64,000 nucleotides of DNA from Tetramitus jugosus (lineage: Eukaryota; Protista; Heterolobosea), in assembly GCA_937625935.1 (NCBI GenBank), contig OW569365.1, positions 437,658-501,657 of the forward strand. Direction: 5' to 3'. The notes under the pieces are model-generated. The model was not told the DNA's origin. It worked only from the letters and a program-made list of their open reading frames with translations, and made no database searches. Positions 23,430 to 35,044 of the stretch are shown piece by piece; within the stretch, counting starts at the first letter, position 1; each line of letters begins with the position of its first letter. Both the position numbers and the translations under genes were made by a program.

Positions 23430-24142
23430 CTCGACCGGAGGGCCGCACATAAAGTGCCCAGATCATGAGCAACCTCAAACAGCAAGATCAACATGAATCA
23501 TTTAATGCGATGAAAGGCGCATTCGGAGCTTATGAGAAATTCTTTCGACAGGCAATTCGATACTTCACTCAAGGCCCTTCCGTACATTGGAAAGAAATGC
23601 GTCATCTGATGTGATGGGTCTTGCAAAATTGTTTGGGATTGTAGTGAACACTCTACTTAGGCCCAAAGTGGATATGAATCGGGAACCTGCACTAGATTTC
23701 GGAGATGGCGATCAAAACAAGTGGTGGTACTTGTTCGGTGATTGGTTAATAAGACTTCAGTAACACTGTCTCCTATCTGACATCATTTTGCGAGAGAATA
23801 TCAATTCGGCTCAATATCGAAAAAGCCTAATTAGTTGCCAAGCAAGAGACCAGACACGTGATGTCTGAATATTTGCCAGCCGAGAGATTCTCCAACTGGT
23901 GAGTGACGTCGGAGGATTTTATCTCCAACGACAACAATCAGCAAATTCCCGCACATCCTCCACAAATGATGCCACCACCATCCACTACAAAAATCAATTC
24001 AGACGAAATCCCAAACACCCTTTTATTTCCCCTATCTCAACAACTCTCACCCACCACGAGCAAAATCCCAAACCAAAAAACTTCTCATTCTCAAACAACA
24101 GATTCTCATTCAATCTTCATCATATATACAAAAAAAAAAACA

Positions 24143-25733
24143 ATGGGTCAAAAAAACGGCAAGGGCATTCCAACTGAGAATCCAAATGCACCACACAATC
24201 ACTCACAAATGACGGGAGACAATCCGTTCAATCCACAAAATAACATTGGTATGCTCTACAATCATGATGAAAATGGCGCTAGAGTGAGTTTTGATGACTT
24301 TGATATCTTGAAGCTTGTTGGAAAAGGTATGATGATGACCACACTTTTTTTTTTATTTGATTGTTGTTGTTGTCTTTGATTCAATTATAAACATTGAAGG
24401 AGGATGATGAGGAATGAGGAATGATGATGGATGACGGACATTCTCTTGATATATGATGAAACTGTTACATAATGTAGAGCTAACTCTTGTTATCATTATT
24501 ACATCTTGTTATTGACCATAATCATGAAAACGAATCCACATAGGTAATTTTGCAAAGGTGCTACAAGTGAGGAAAAAGGACACTGGAAAAATTTATGCCA
24601 TGAAAGTGTTGAACAAGAAAAAACTGGAGCAGAGTGATCAATTGGAACACATTAAAACAGAGAGGACTGTTCTTCAATACGTTGCTCATCCATTCCTAGT
24701 GCGTCTCCTGTACGCATTCCAAGACCCAGAAAAGCTCTACATGGTCATGGAGTTTGTCAATGGAGGAGAATTGTTTTTCCATTTGAAAAAAGAGAGAAGA
24801 TTTGCTGAACACAGAGTCAAATTCTACAGTGCACAACTATTGTTGGCATTGAGTCATTTGCATGAACAGAATGTGGTGTTTAGAGATTTGAAACCAGAAA
24901 ATGTGTTGATGGACAAGGACGGAAACATTATGTTGACTGATTTTGGATTGGCAAAGTTTATGAGTGCAGAACGAACACATACTTTTTGTGGCACACCAGA
25001 GTATTTGGCACCTGTTTGTATCGTGATCATCATTTTCACTGTGTTATTTTATTGTTGTTTTGTGTTGTTTTGTGTTGTCCTTGTTGCTTTTTGTCATTTT
25101 TTGTTGAAAGCTAAAGCTAACTGTTATTGCTTGTTGTTGTGTTTTGGTTGGTGATCATGATGAATGATAACGAAAAAAAATGATATGATTGGTGGCGATG
25201 AAATTTTGTAGGAAGTCTTGTTGCAAAAGGGTCATGGTAAGCCAGTGGACTGGTGGAGCTATGGTACACTAATCTTTGAAATGTTGGTCGGTATTCCTCC
25301 ATTCTACAGTGAGAATGTTCATGAGATGTACGACAAGATTTTGTACTCTGATTTGATATTGCCTGAACAATTGATGTCACCAGAAGCAATGGATCTGTTG
25401 GCTCGATTGTTGGAACGTGATCCAAAGAGAAGATTGGGCAGCGGACCAACTGAATGGCAAGAAATCAAGAATCATCCATTCTTTGAGAGCATTGATTGGG
25501 ATGCACTGTACAATAAGAAACTTACGGCTCCATTTAAGCCAAAGGTGAAGGATGAGTTGGATACGAGCTTTTTCGATGAAGAGTTCACAAAACAGAATCC
25601 ATTGGACTCTTTTGACGAAGATGATCACGGTGGTAGCTACCTTGGTGAATCTGTACAAAAGGAATTTGAAGGATTTACCTATGAAGGAGAGAGCAAACTT
25701 GAAAATGTAGATAGAATCATTGAAGATGATTAA
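24143..25733 (+). CDS. AGC-family Ser/Thr kinase (PKB/SGK/S6K-like, no PH domain); 3 exons
   Basis: Introns 24327-24543 and 25014-25211 give GKGNFAKV and TFCGTPEYLAP|EVL. RDLKPEN, DFG and the hydrophobic motif FEGFTY are present; the N-terminus is MGQKNGK. Confidence 0.92.
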
Positions 25734-26088
25734 AACCATGAAATGTGGTTCCACAACAACAACAACCAACAATAACATGTTAATACTTAAAAAATAATAA
25801 TAATAATACTCAAAATAATAATCATCCATAACTAACAAAGATATCTATTTGCTCAGGTTCAGAATCAACCTTTGCGAGATAGTAGCATATGAATCACCTA
25901 ATCACTCTTGGCCAATCATCAATCGTTGGCTCCCTTTTTATTATTCTCCTCAGAATAAAATCATAATATTTCATCCCTGTAATGTCCTTGACAGCAATTT
26001 GTTACAATTCCTGGAATCAACCAGGTTGCGAAGAAAGTTGGTTCGTTTTTGAGAATCACAAAACAAACATCATTTCGATCAACAAAAA

Positions 26089-27033
26089 ATGGAACAACAC
26101 GATCGTCCTTCTTCTCGCGTATGCTTCGTTCTGATTGCAGGATTGCCAGCTTCACTCAAGTCATCCATAAGTCAACTGTTGCAGGACTTTTGGCTCAAAG
26201 AGAACCGGATCTGTTGTCATTACATTTGTTTTGACCAACTGTTCCATGATGAGGCACTGCGCAGCAGCTCAATGACTGAGGAGATTAGTTTTGATAACCA
26301 AGAGTGGAGAAATCAACAAAAGCAGATGCTGTTGCTGACTCAGAATCGAATCCTTTGCGAACAAAACAAGGAAACTGATCCTTCGAACGTTCGAACTGTC
26401 TTTCTTGTCGATGATAACTTTTATTACGCGAGTATGAGACATAGCTACTATGTTCTTGCGAGGGATTTACAGATATCATTCTGCACCCTCTTCTGCATCG
26501 CTGAACTTGATGATTGCATCAGAAGAAACGAGCAGAGAATAGGTGTAAATAGAGTACCAGAGCACGTCATTCACTCAATGCATCAAAAGTTTGAGTACGA
26601 CTCCAAAGTGAGCTCTATTCCAACAATGAAAATTGATACAAGCGAATCGTATTTGAATAGGATGAAATGTGGTCTGAACGTTAGCTCCATAGCTCAGTTC
26701 ATAGAGCAGAGCTTCCATTTCGTACCTAACAAGTGTACCAATGATGAATCGAGTAACGTAATGGTCAGTCGTCTGGCCAATCAACAATTGCTTCACCAAT
26801 TAGATTTGGCTCTTCGAAAGAGAGTCAATGATATCATGAAAACGCTTCCCACTAACAGTGAGATTAGCGACAAGAAACAATTAATGAAGGACACTTCGAT
26901 TCGGTTAAGTTCTGCCAAGAAGACGCTATATGATCAGGTCAAATGTGGTGATATCTTAATTCCAGATGGAGTAACAGATCAAGAGTTCATTTCTCTTATG
27001 GAACAACAGTTGTTATCCAATACATTGTCTTGA
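26089..27033 (+). CDS. PSTK: O-phosphoseryl-tRNA(Sec) kinase
   Basis: N-terminal P-loop GLPASLKSS, LVDDNFYYASMR…LAR, CIRRNEQR, and C-terminal LHQLDLALRK. Confidence 0.8.
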   Translation: MEQHDRPSSRVCFVLIAGLPASLKSSISQLLQDFWLKENRICCHYICFDQLFHDEALRSSSMTEEISFDNQEWRNQQKQMLLLTQNRILCEQNKETDPSNVRTVFLVDDNFYYASMRHSYYVLARDLQISFCTLFCIAELDDCIRRNEQRIGVNRVPEHVIHSMHQKFEYDSKVSSIPTMKIDTSESYLNRMKCGLNVSSIAQFIEQSFHFVPNKCTNDESSNVMVSRLANQQLLHQLDLALRKRVNDIMKTLPTNSEISDKKQLMKDTSIRLSSAKKTLYDQVKCGDILIPDGVTDQEFISLMEQQLLSNTLS

Positions 27034-27169
27034 TAGAAAGATCACCATTGTTTATCATATGGATCATTGTGTAGAATAACTAGTTTATCAGACGTAGGAT
27101 AGTGTTTGCTTCACATGTCAAACACTTGGCAATCCTTTGCTTAATTTACAAAGGCCACTCACCCAACCA

Positions 27170-27856
27170 TTACTTTCTGAAATTAGTGATATGCGGGAGA
27201 GAGACAGTTCGCTTAGCGGTGCCTTCGCATTGCAACCCTTCAGGCACTTCAAACACAGTGGCATCAGGAACACCTGCCTGGTAACTTGAAATCTCTAATT
27301 TGGTATCTTTTTCTGCAACAATGGCCACTGGTTGTTGATTGAAAGCATCCAAGACGATCTCGAAGTTCATTGGTTGATCCGAAAAGAATGTCAAAGTGAC
27401 ATTGCTGAACTTGCTGACCAATGAACCGTGAAACATTGAAAATCCGACAAAAGAAGCAGATTTCAATGGGTTGACACTGAAAATGTTATCCATTCCGACT
27501 AGTGTGAACCCATTGCAATGTACAATATCTGCTTCATTCATTTGATAGATTTGGATTCCCTTGCCATTCTTGTAATCAACAGTAAGCTGGGAGAAGACTG
27601 AAGGAATGAACTTGCCCTCGACAGTAGGTTCCCAAGTACGGACAGCTACTCTTTAATTCTCTTTGTCCAAGAAAACCTTGAATGGGAACTTCATCCATTG
27701 GTCTTGAATGTTAATGCTAGTAAAAACACCTGAGAGAGTTGCACTTTGTAATAGCTTAGGTTCAAAGGGAAGCTTTGTACCTTCTGCCATCGAGGAGCAG
27801 AACACACAGAAGAGAGTTTGGAGGATCAGAACCCACTTGATAATTTGTGGCTTCAT
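27170..27856 (-). pseudogene. Secreted ependymin-related-like protein interrupted by one in-frame TAA (27653-27655)
   Basis: Signal peptide. The reading frame continues across the TAA (…LDKEN*RVAVRTW…VDYKNG…QMNEADIVHC…) into ORF 27170-27541, ending PDATVFEVPEGLQC. Confidence 0.55.
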
Positions 27857-28056
27857 ATTGTCTTGATGAATACGAAAGAAGTTGATCTGATTGCTTGTGG
27901 TCAGGACAAGCTGTGGATCGCCATCAGCTTTTTATACTGCATCTCGGTCATCCAGTTGGGCAAGAGGCTGATATTCTGATAGAAACCACCAGGTTCTAAT
28001 GAAAGTCAAAAGATATTTCAACCGGACAATTGAACCAATTTACAAAATCGCCAGAC

Positions 28057-28635
28057 TTAATGTAAATAGATGAGCAAGAATCCCAGAACTGCAACACCTG
28101 TACCTAGTACGACAATGATGAATGGTCCTAGTGCATCAAACAGATACACTCTCCGATCCAATTCTCTCAACATGGCCAAATGTCTCAACCACGAATAAAG
28201 AAAGACAATCAAACCGAACACAACAATGTAGACACCAGATATTTTCGTGACGACACCAGAGTGAGGAATAATCTGCACCAAAGCAATACCTAGAGCTACA
28301 ATCGTGAGACCTGTTCGGACCCAGGCCAAGAAATTTCTTTCAACTGACAACAAATCTTGTTGCATGCCCTTTCTTGCTTTCACAACTGTCCACTTGGGTC
28401 GAATAGCGAGGAATATCGGTTTCACATCCTTCGAATTCTTGTTCTTCTTGTCCTTGGCAAAAACTTGACTCTGATTGGAAGATTCTCTCTGTTCTGCATG
28501 AGCACTCAACTCTGTTGGAGAATGGGAGGGTGCTACGGTGTAAGACACTGGCATGAAAATGGGTTGCCCCATATCAATACTCAGCGATCTTTTTCGAACG
28601 GGCGAGGATGGTGGTGGTGGTGTAGTGGTCTGCAT
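28057..28635 (-). CDS. DUF202 (YidH/VTC1-like) three-TM membrane protein
   Basis: ERNFLAWVRTGL motif followed by three hydrophobic helices. Confidence 0.8.
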   Translation of the reverse strand: MQTTTPPPPSSPVRKRSLSIDMGQPIFMPVSYTVAPSHSPTELSAHAEQRESSNQSQVFAKDKKNKNSKDVKPIFLAIRPKWTVVKARKGMQQDLLSVERNFLAWVRTGLTIVALGIALVQIIPHSGVVTKISGVYIVVFGLIVFLYSWLRHLAMLRELDRRVYLFDALGPFIIVVLGTGVAVLGFLLIYLH

Positions 28636-28979
28636 TAAGAATTGGTTTTTATGTGATGATGGTTAAAGTGAGAGAGAAGCTTATGATGATGAGATTTGTG
28701 TGGTGCTATAGTCAACAACTCTACATGCCTGTTGCTGTTGATTTATTATTTTCTGATTGCATCAATGTGTTGTGCTCTTGTATTAATTTACAGCCTTTAG
28801 TTGAGTGGACAAAATTAACTTTTTGTCAACGATTTACAACCACATTTTGGAAAACACAAAATGTCTTGGTCAAAGGACATTATCAAAAAGCCTTTCACCT
28901 CGCATGATCTCAGAACAAAACTTGCTCTCTTCTTCTTTTTGTTAGCTTAACCATCATCAAACAACAAAAACCCTTTTTG

Positions 28980-29750
28980 TTAATTCTTGACTGTTGCAGG
29001 AGGTGGGGGAGGCAAAAATGCTGCTGGCTTGCCCACAAACACCACTTCCAACTCAAACACCTTGCTCTCAGGGTTCCACTTTGACCTTACACCACCACCA
29101 AACTCCTCAGTCACCTTATCAACAGGTGCATTGGGAACACGGAAAGCAATCGTTTCATAGGGATCAGCCGCAAACAAAATGTATTGATATTGACTGTTGG
29201 GCACTTCTACTCTCTGTTCGAAAGCTGACATGAAACGATGCCTTGGTTGAAGTCCCTTATCAATATCAGGATACATAATCTTAAATGTGAAACGATTGTG
29301 CTTTGGATAACCAAGAATTTTTTCCTTCTTGACCTCGTAGCCAGGCAGTCCAATACGAACTGTTTTTCGTTTGGGAGCAGCAGCAGCGGCGGCATTTGCG
29401 CTCGCCAAAGAACTTGCTTGTGCTGCGGCGGCGGCATTTGACGATGAAGGCGACAAAAAATCATGTTTCTTGTTGGACTGTAAATGTTCTTCGCGCGCCA
29501 TTCTTCGCGCCAAATTTGCCTTGTGCCGTTTTCCTTGCGTATGAGCCAAATAATTTCCTTCATTGCTGTGCAATGTGAGACATAATTTACACTCGTACGA
29601 TCCTAGATGATTCTTCATGAAATAGGGATCCTTTGTGAGATCGACTTGCTCTAGAGCCAATCGCCGAAGACGCTCTCTTCTGTCAACGTTGCTGAGTGAG
29701 GCAGATTGAACACCACCACTACCAGCCTTACTTCCAAAATCTCTGTCCAT
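28980..29750 (-). CDS. SF3A2: Splicing factor 3A subunit 2
   Basis: RRERLRRLALE…DPYFMKNHLGSYECKLCLTLHSNEGNYLAHTQGKRH; PRHRFMSAFEQRVE. Confidence 0.96.
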   Translation of the reverse strand: MDRDFGSKAGSGGVQSASLSNVDRRERLRRLALEQVDLTKDPYFMKNHLGSYECKLCLTLHSNEGNYLAHTQGKRHKANLARRMAREEHLQSNKKHDFLSPSSSNAAAAAQASSLASANAAAAAAPKRKTVRIGLPGYEVKKEKILGYPKHNRFTFKIMYPDIDKGLQPRHRFMSAFEQRVEVPNSQYQYILFAADPYETIAFRVPNAPVDKVTEEFGGGVRSKWNPESKVFELEVVFVGKPAAFLPPPPPATVKN

Positions 29751-30309
29751 TGTCTAAAGCTTGTTATGTCTGTGTGAACTTGAACAAATTCGTTTTTTTT
29801 GTTGTCGTTTGGTTGAAAGCGAAAATTCTTTTATTTATACCCAATCCTAAAAGGCCGAAAGAATAATGTCCGATCCGATTGACACAGACATGCACTTGAA
29901 CTACGGCTGGATAGCACAACACTTTTTTGATGAGAACTCTTCTTTTGTTTCGACATACATCGAGATGTATGTTGGACAATGCCGAAGAGTAAAAAGAATT
30001 GCTCACATCCAATTTCCGTCTTGTTATCGAGTCTGGTAGACCAGATAGCACAGATTATGGAACCGTAGTGCAGGACATTGATCAATCAAGCTTCAAATTG
30101 TCAAATAGAACAAGTATTCAGTCAGCCATAAAGGAAAGAATGGGATGAAGTGATAGAGAGATGATGTTCTCTACACGGCACACAACATGCTTTGAGTTGG
30201 GCAGAGTGGAGAAAACTCCAGCTCCTAGACTCCACTGTTTCCCACATGCTATGTGAGAGCATCAAGTGTCTTTGAGAACAATCAGTGCCTACTAGAATGA
30301 TCAACAATC

Positions 30310-31920
30310 CTATGAATAAAAATGTCCTTGACCAGGCAAGCTGTTTGGTGCTGGATGGTACACGAGTGGATAATGATGAAGATGTGGCTGTGGCTGTGCA
30401 TAGTATGGAGCAGAGAAGAACGGCTGATGTGGGTACATTGGGCTAGCAGGTGAGTGCTCATTACTACCGACTCCCAACAGCTGATACAATTGCTGCGAAG
30501 GCACATATGACTGTGGCTGCTGTGGTTGCATCAAATGTCGCTGCATTGGAGTGCTGCTGACATGAGGAGCAGGTAATGATTGAGACATGAAATGCATATT
30601 TTGCTGAGGTTGTTGCTTTTCCTTGTTCACAACAGTAATAGCAATTGGATCGGATGTATGTTGCTTTTCCGCATGATTCTGAATCGTGTGAGCAACTTCG
30701 ATGACTGCATTATTCTTAACAGGAGATGACGGTGCAGCTGTTTTTTGCATGATTCTCTTCACTTCGCTATTGTTCTTGACTTCTGATTTTCGTTGCTGAT
30801 TCTTTGACTTGTTCGTTTGATGTAGCTTCTCAGTGAAAATGGCATCGGCACTGTTTTGAACAGGTGTTGGTGTCTGAGGAGATGCCTCATCACTTGTGAG
30901 CCCTTCATTCATCATGAAATTAATGTCTCCAACAATCTCTCTCTTCTTTTTTTTCTTGTTGTTGCTACCATTGCCATTCTTCTTATTGTTGTTCGCACCA
31001 ACAACCTTTGTATGATTCTTCTTGCCCTTATTCTTCTCATCACAAGAAGAAATGTGGGGCTGTAGCTTATCCTTGAGCAACGCTGGATACCTCTTGCACA
31101 ACCATTTGGCCAACTTTAGCACGAGATCCATCACAAACACATATGGATGCTGCTGTTGTTGCACTGGAGAATTCGATGCCTTCAACCCAAGAATCGTCTC
31201 AATCGAATGCCACTCAATAGATCGAATCTCCTTTCTTGTCTGCGCTGCAAATCTCACATTTTCTGGAATATCAACCACAATAAACAACTTTACGGATTGT
31301 TCATTGAAATGCGTGGACAAGAAATTATTTTGTCTCAAGTAGCGCGTAATGTCAAAACCAATTTCTTCTCTGACTTCTCGCGCAGCACAAACAAGCTCCT
31401 TTTCATCTTGATTAATCTTTCCCCTGGGAAAAGAAAGACATTTTGAGTTCCATCCCTTGACCAACAACACCTTGTCCTTTGATTGATTGAGAATAATGGC
31501 ACCACACACTGGAACTGTCTGCTTATAACGATAAAATGATTGAACATGATCTTCCACAGCTCTTCTCTTGCTGTTTAACACGGGAAATGACTCAAACACC
31601 AAATCAACAAACGATTTGAATGACATTTCAGGTAAAATGGGATTGTGTTCACGATAAAAATCCTCATAGAACCAATGAGCTTCTTCAATCTGAAAAAACA
31701 ATCGATCTAAGCTGGCGTATTCTTCCTCTGGACAATTGAGAATGAAACGAGACACTAAATCACAAACAATTTCATTGAGACTCATGGATCGCAGTTGATG
31801 ATGATGATTGGAAGAGACGGGAGAATTGTTCAACTCGGTTTTTCGTTTTCGACGTTGTTGTTGTCTCTTGAGAAGAATGGCTTGTTTTTGTTGTTGTTCA
31901 TTATTATTATTATTATTATT

Positions 31921-31962
<42 letters not shown>

Positions 31963-32004
31963 ATTGTTGCTATTGTTGTTGTTGTGTTTTGTAAGAGTGG
32001 TCAT
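30310..32004 (-). CDS. DCP2: mRNA-decapping enzyme 2
   Basis: Box A (LFFQIEEAHWFYEDF) and Nudix box GKINQDEKELVCAAREVREEIG; poly-Asn N-terminus. Confidence 0.93.
31900..31985. repeat. (AAC/AAT)n microsatellite encoding poly-Asn in DCP2
   Basis: Run of tta/gtt triplets on the + strand. Confidence 0.9.
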
Positions 32005-32367
32005 GACAATTTAAATCTTCTTTCATATATTTGACGGTTTGAATTATGTGTAAATTCAAAAAAAAAGTAATGTGAGAGTTGTGGTTGGTTTGTTTGATTG
32101 GTTGCAGTTGTGGTTTGTTGATGGTTCGTTTGGCGAATCGATTGAGGATTCTGAGTGTTGTCGAGTGAGTGGTGGTGTGGGGTGAGCGAGAACTTCGAAA
32201 TCATTTGCGAAGGTGAAGAAAATAGCAGATGTGCATTTCAACTACGGATCTCGTGCGGAGGAGTTGTGTGTGTTTGATGTTTGGTCCTTTCTGATGGAAC
32301 GACATGCAAGAAGAGTCTAGGTTCACTCAAAACAGACAGACAGCAGTGCGACTAGAATACCATTCTT

Positions 32368-33388
32368 TTACTTTAGAATATTTTTCTTCTTCATGAATTC
32401 CACAAAGGAATCGATTGCAGATGGCCATGCACCTGTTTGAATGATTGATAACAACAACAACAACAAGCAGCATCAATTTGGTTAATAAACTACATCAACA
32501 ACACATAACACATATTGTACAAAAACAACAATAACAACAACATACCATCATCCTCATAGGTGGTCAAATCAGTGTACAGTTTGGAGAATTCGAGGAATTG
32601 AGCCCACAAGTCCTTTGGAACAGCCTTATTGAACTCTGTCTCTATAAACTCGCACCAATGATCCAAGTGCTTGTATTTGCCCTGGAGAACAACTTTCCAT
32701 GTGGGAGAAGCAACCTCAACAGGCAAACTTCTCGATCCAAACTCCTTTGAATAGTCAAACACAAAGTTGTAAAACAGTTTGAATGATTCTTGATTTTTGA
32801 GTTCAGCTGGCCAAGCACTCTGCGCCTTTTGCTTCAAAAGAGACATGCTTGTAATACTGTGATCACTCAAGCAACTGCTCCATTCGTCTCTCTTGAGAGT
32901 AAATGCCAATTTCATGTTCATTTTCCAACAAAAAACAAGTGCTGTAATCGATGTTGGATCTACTGAGAGGTCATTCAACAGTGACATGAGACCATCACCT
33001 TGAATCGCATCCAACGATTCATCTCCACCTTCTTCAATTCCAATTTTTTTATACTTTTCAAATGCATCTCTCATTTCTGATGACAGAGAAGAGATAGATT
33101 GATTGCCACCATCGTTAAAGTAGTTGTCAATTGCGGTTTGAACGGTCCATTTGGCGTTTTTCAAGTATTCTGTTGCTACTTTTTCACTACATTATTGTCA
33201 ACATGTTGTTGTTGTTGTTGTTGGTTCGAGATGGATGAAAAAAAAAAGTCGAAAAAAAAAATGGTTGGTGGTCAAAATTTTGAATGTGGGAGCTATGGGT
33301 GATGTTGATGATGATGGACGTACGTTGTGTTGGTGACATCTCTAAACTCTTGAATGAGTTTTGCGTTGTTGTTGCCTCTGGAAAACAT
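32368..33388 (-). CDS. DCN1: DCN1-like cullin neddylation protein; 3 exons
   Basis: UBA-like N-terminus plus PONY domain (FYNFVFDY, KDLWAQFLEF, YEDD|GAWPSAIDSFVE). Introns at 33187-33323 and 32433-32545. Confidence 0.9.
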
Positions 33389-33651
33389 GTCGGTGTTTGT
33401 GCTTGTTTGTTGTTTCTTGTGTGTTGTTGTGTTTAAGCTTCTTGTTGTTTCTTGTGCAAAGTCGGTGTTGACGTCAATTTTTGTTTGGATTTTCACTGGG
33501 TCGGACTCTTGAACACGAGTTCAAGTTCTCTTCGCTCTTCGGAGTATGTATGGCCCGACTTGAACATTTCCAAAATTCATTGAACATTGCACAATAAAAA
33601 ACTACGCACAACATTGCATCAACAACAACAACGACTCGATAACAAACAATC

Positions 33652-35004
33652 ATGGGTGCTCAGAATAACAATCAACAACAACTCTCAAAGAGTCAAAAGA
33701 AAAAACAAGACTTTATGAAAAAGAAGCGCAAGCGCAGCCAAAAAACACAAGAATTGACAAAGAAGCGAAAAATTAAAGAAGCAAAATCGGATCATGACAC
33801 AAACATGGAGAAGCGAATGGAAGAATCACATGATTTCTCTCATAAATTAGCCAAAGAGACCCATTCCATGGACAAATTCGAAGTCATGAATCAACAAATG
33901 CGTGAAATTCAAACCATTCAAATGAAAAAAGCAATTGAAAATGCAAAGGACACTGAATATCAATTGGAAAAGCAAGAACAGGCAAATTTCAAGGATGATG
34001 AGAGCTTTATAGAGAGAAATGCAGGTGAACTGGATGCCAGTCGATTGGTCACTTCAGAAGATCAATTTTTGAGCATTTTGGATCAAGTGTTGATCAAGAC
34101 GGATGAAAAACAAAAGAAGAAGCAACAAAAGGAGACTAAATCTGCTACTACTGCTCCTACTGTTTCTTCATCGAGTAGAGTTGCTGCTGCTGCTGCATCT
34201 GGTGTCAAATCAAAGGCAAAATGGACTCGTAAAATGGCCATTCATTGCGATTACGTCGGAGTCGGAGAATATGGACACGAAGAGAGATTGGCACAGGTTT
34301 GTCTAGTCAATGAGTTGAACGAGTGCGTGTATCTACAGAGGATTAAACTGAGAGAGAACGTGACGGATTATCGAACAAGTGAAACCGGGTTGACTGGCAG
34401 TTCATTTGACAAGCAAACAAAAACTTTGGATCAGGTCAAAGTAGAGTTATTGGAGTTGTTGGCTGACGGTAACAATGCACACATGAAGAAGACTCTGATT
34501 GGACACAATTTGACCAAGTTTGTTGGTCATTTGTTTGGCAAGTACAATGTGCGATTCCAGAGAGACATTGCTCGATTCAGTCCCGTGTACAAGTGTGCTC
34601 TTCCAAGGACAGCAGAGGTTGCTCATGTGACACTGGACAATGTTGATGCAACAAGCATTCCAGACGAGTTGGCCATGGAGAGTTTGTCGGTCATGTCCGC
34701 AAAGTTCATTGGTGTGGCTCAAGAAGAACTCGAGGATCCAGTGTTGCGAGCACAGTGTGCCATGAGAATTTACAAGATGTTTGAGAAGGAGTTTGATTCA
34801 TTCTTCATTGATAACCCTACGATACAGACGACAGCAGCAGACAAAACATTGTCTGGTGCCGGTGTGAAGAAGAAGGAGAAGGTTCAGAAGTCTGCTCTAG
34901 TCAAGAAGGAAAAGGTGAATGAAGTGAAGCATAGAGTCAGCGTCAGAAAACAACTCGACAACACAATTGATTCTCTATTGCAACAAATGAAGGGATCAAC
35001 CTAA
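33652..35004 (+). CDS. REXO4: RNA exonuclease 4-like protein with degenerate DEDDh site
   Basis: Basic N-terminus; AIHCDYVGVG, LAQVCLVN, ENVTDYRTSETG, LIGHNL, AQCAMRIY. Confidence 0.7.
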   Translation: MGAQNNNQQQLSKSQKKKQDFMKKKRKRSQKTQELTKKRKIKEAKSDHDTNMEKRMEESHDFSHKLAKETHSMDKFEVMNQQMREIQTIQMKKAIENAKDTEYQLEKQEQANFKDDESFIERNAGELDASRLVTSEDQFLSILDQVLIKTDEKQKKKQQKETKSATTAPTVSSSSRVAAAAASGVKSKAKWTRKMAIHCDYVGVGEYGHEERLAQVCLVNELNECVYLQRIKLRENVTDYRTSETGLTGSSFDKQTKTLDQVKVELLELLADGNNAHMKKTLIGHNLTKFVGHLFGKYNVRFQRDIARFSPVYKCALPRTAEVAHVTLDNVDATSIPDELAMESLSVMSAKFIGVAQEELEDPVLRAQCAMRIYKMFEKEFDSFFIDNPTIQTTAADKTLSGAGVKKKEKVQKSALVKKEKVNEVKHRVSVRKQLDNTIDSLLQQMKGST

Positions 35005-35044
35005 ATGCACTTATAAATTAATATTCAAACTATTATCTTTATAT

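Noticed and set aside
23465-23614. 49-aa ORF (MSNLKQQD…) between CFAP52 and the AGC kinase
   Set aside because: No recognisable motif; it cannot be distinguished from chance without expression data.
27653-27655. Genetic-code reassignment of TAA or TGA
   Set aside because: Long conserved genes have no internal stops and end in TAA, TAG and TGA at the expected positions.
29951-29974. 11-bp hairpin between SF3A2 and DCP2
   Set aside because: Single copy with one G:T pair; plausible by chance.
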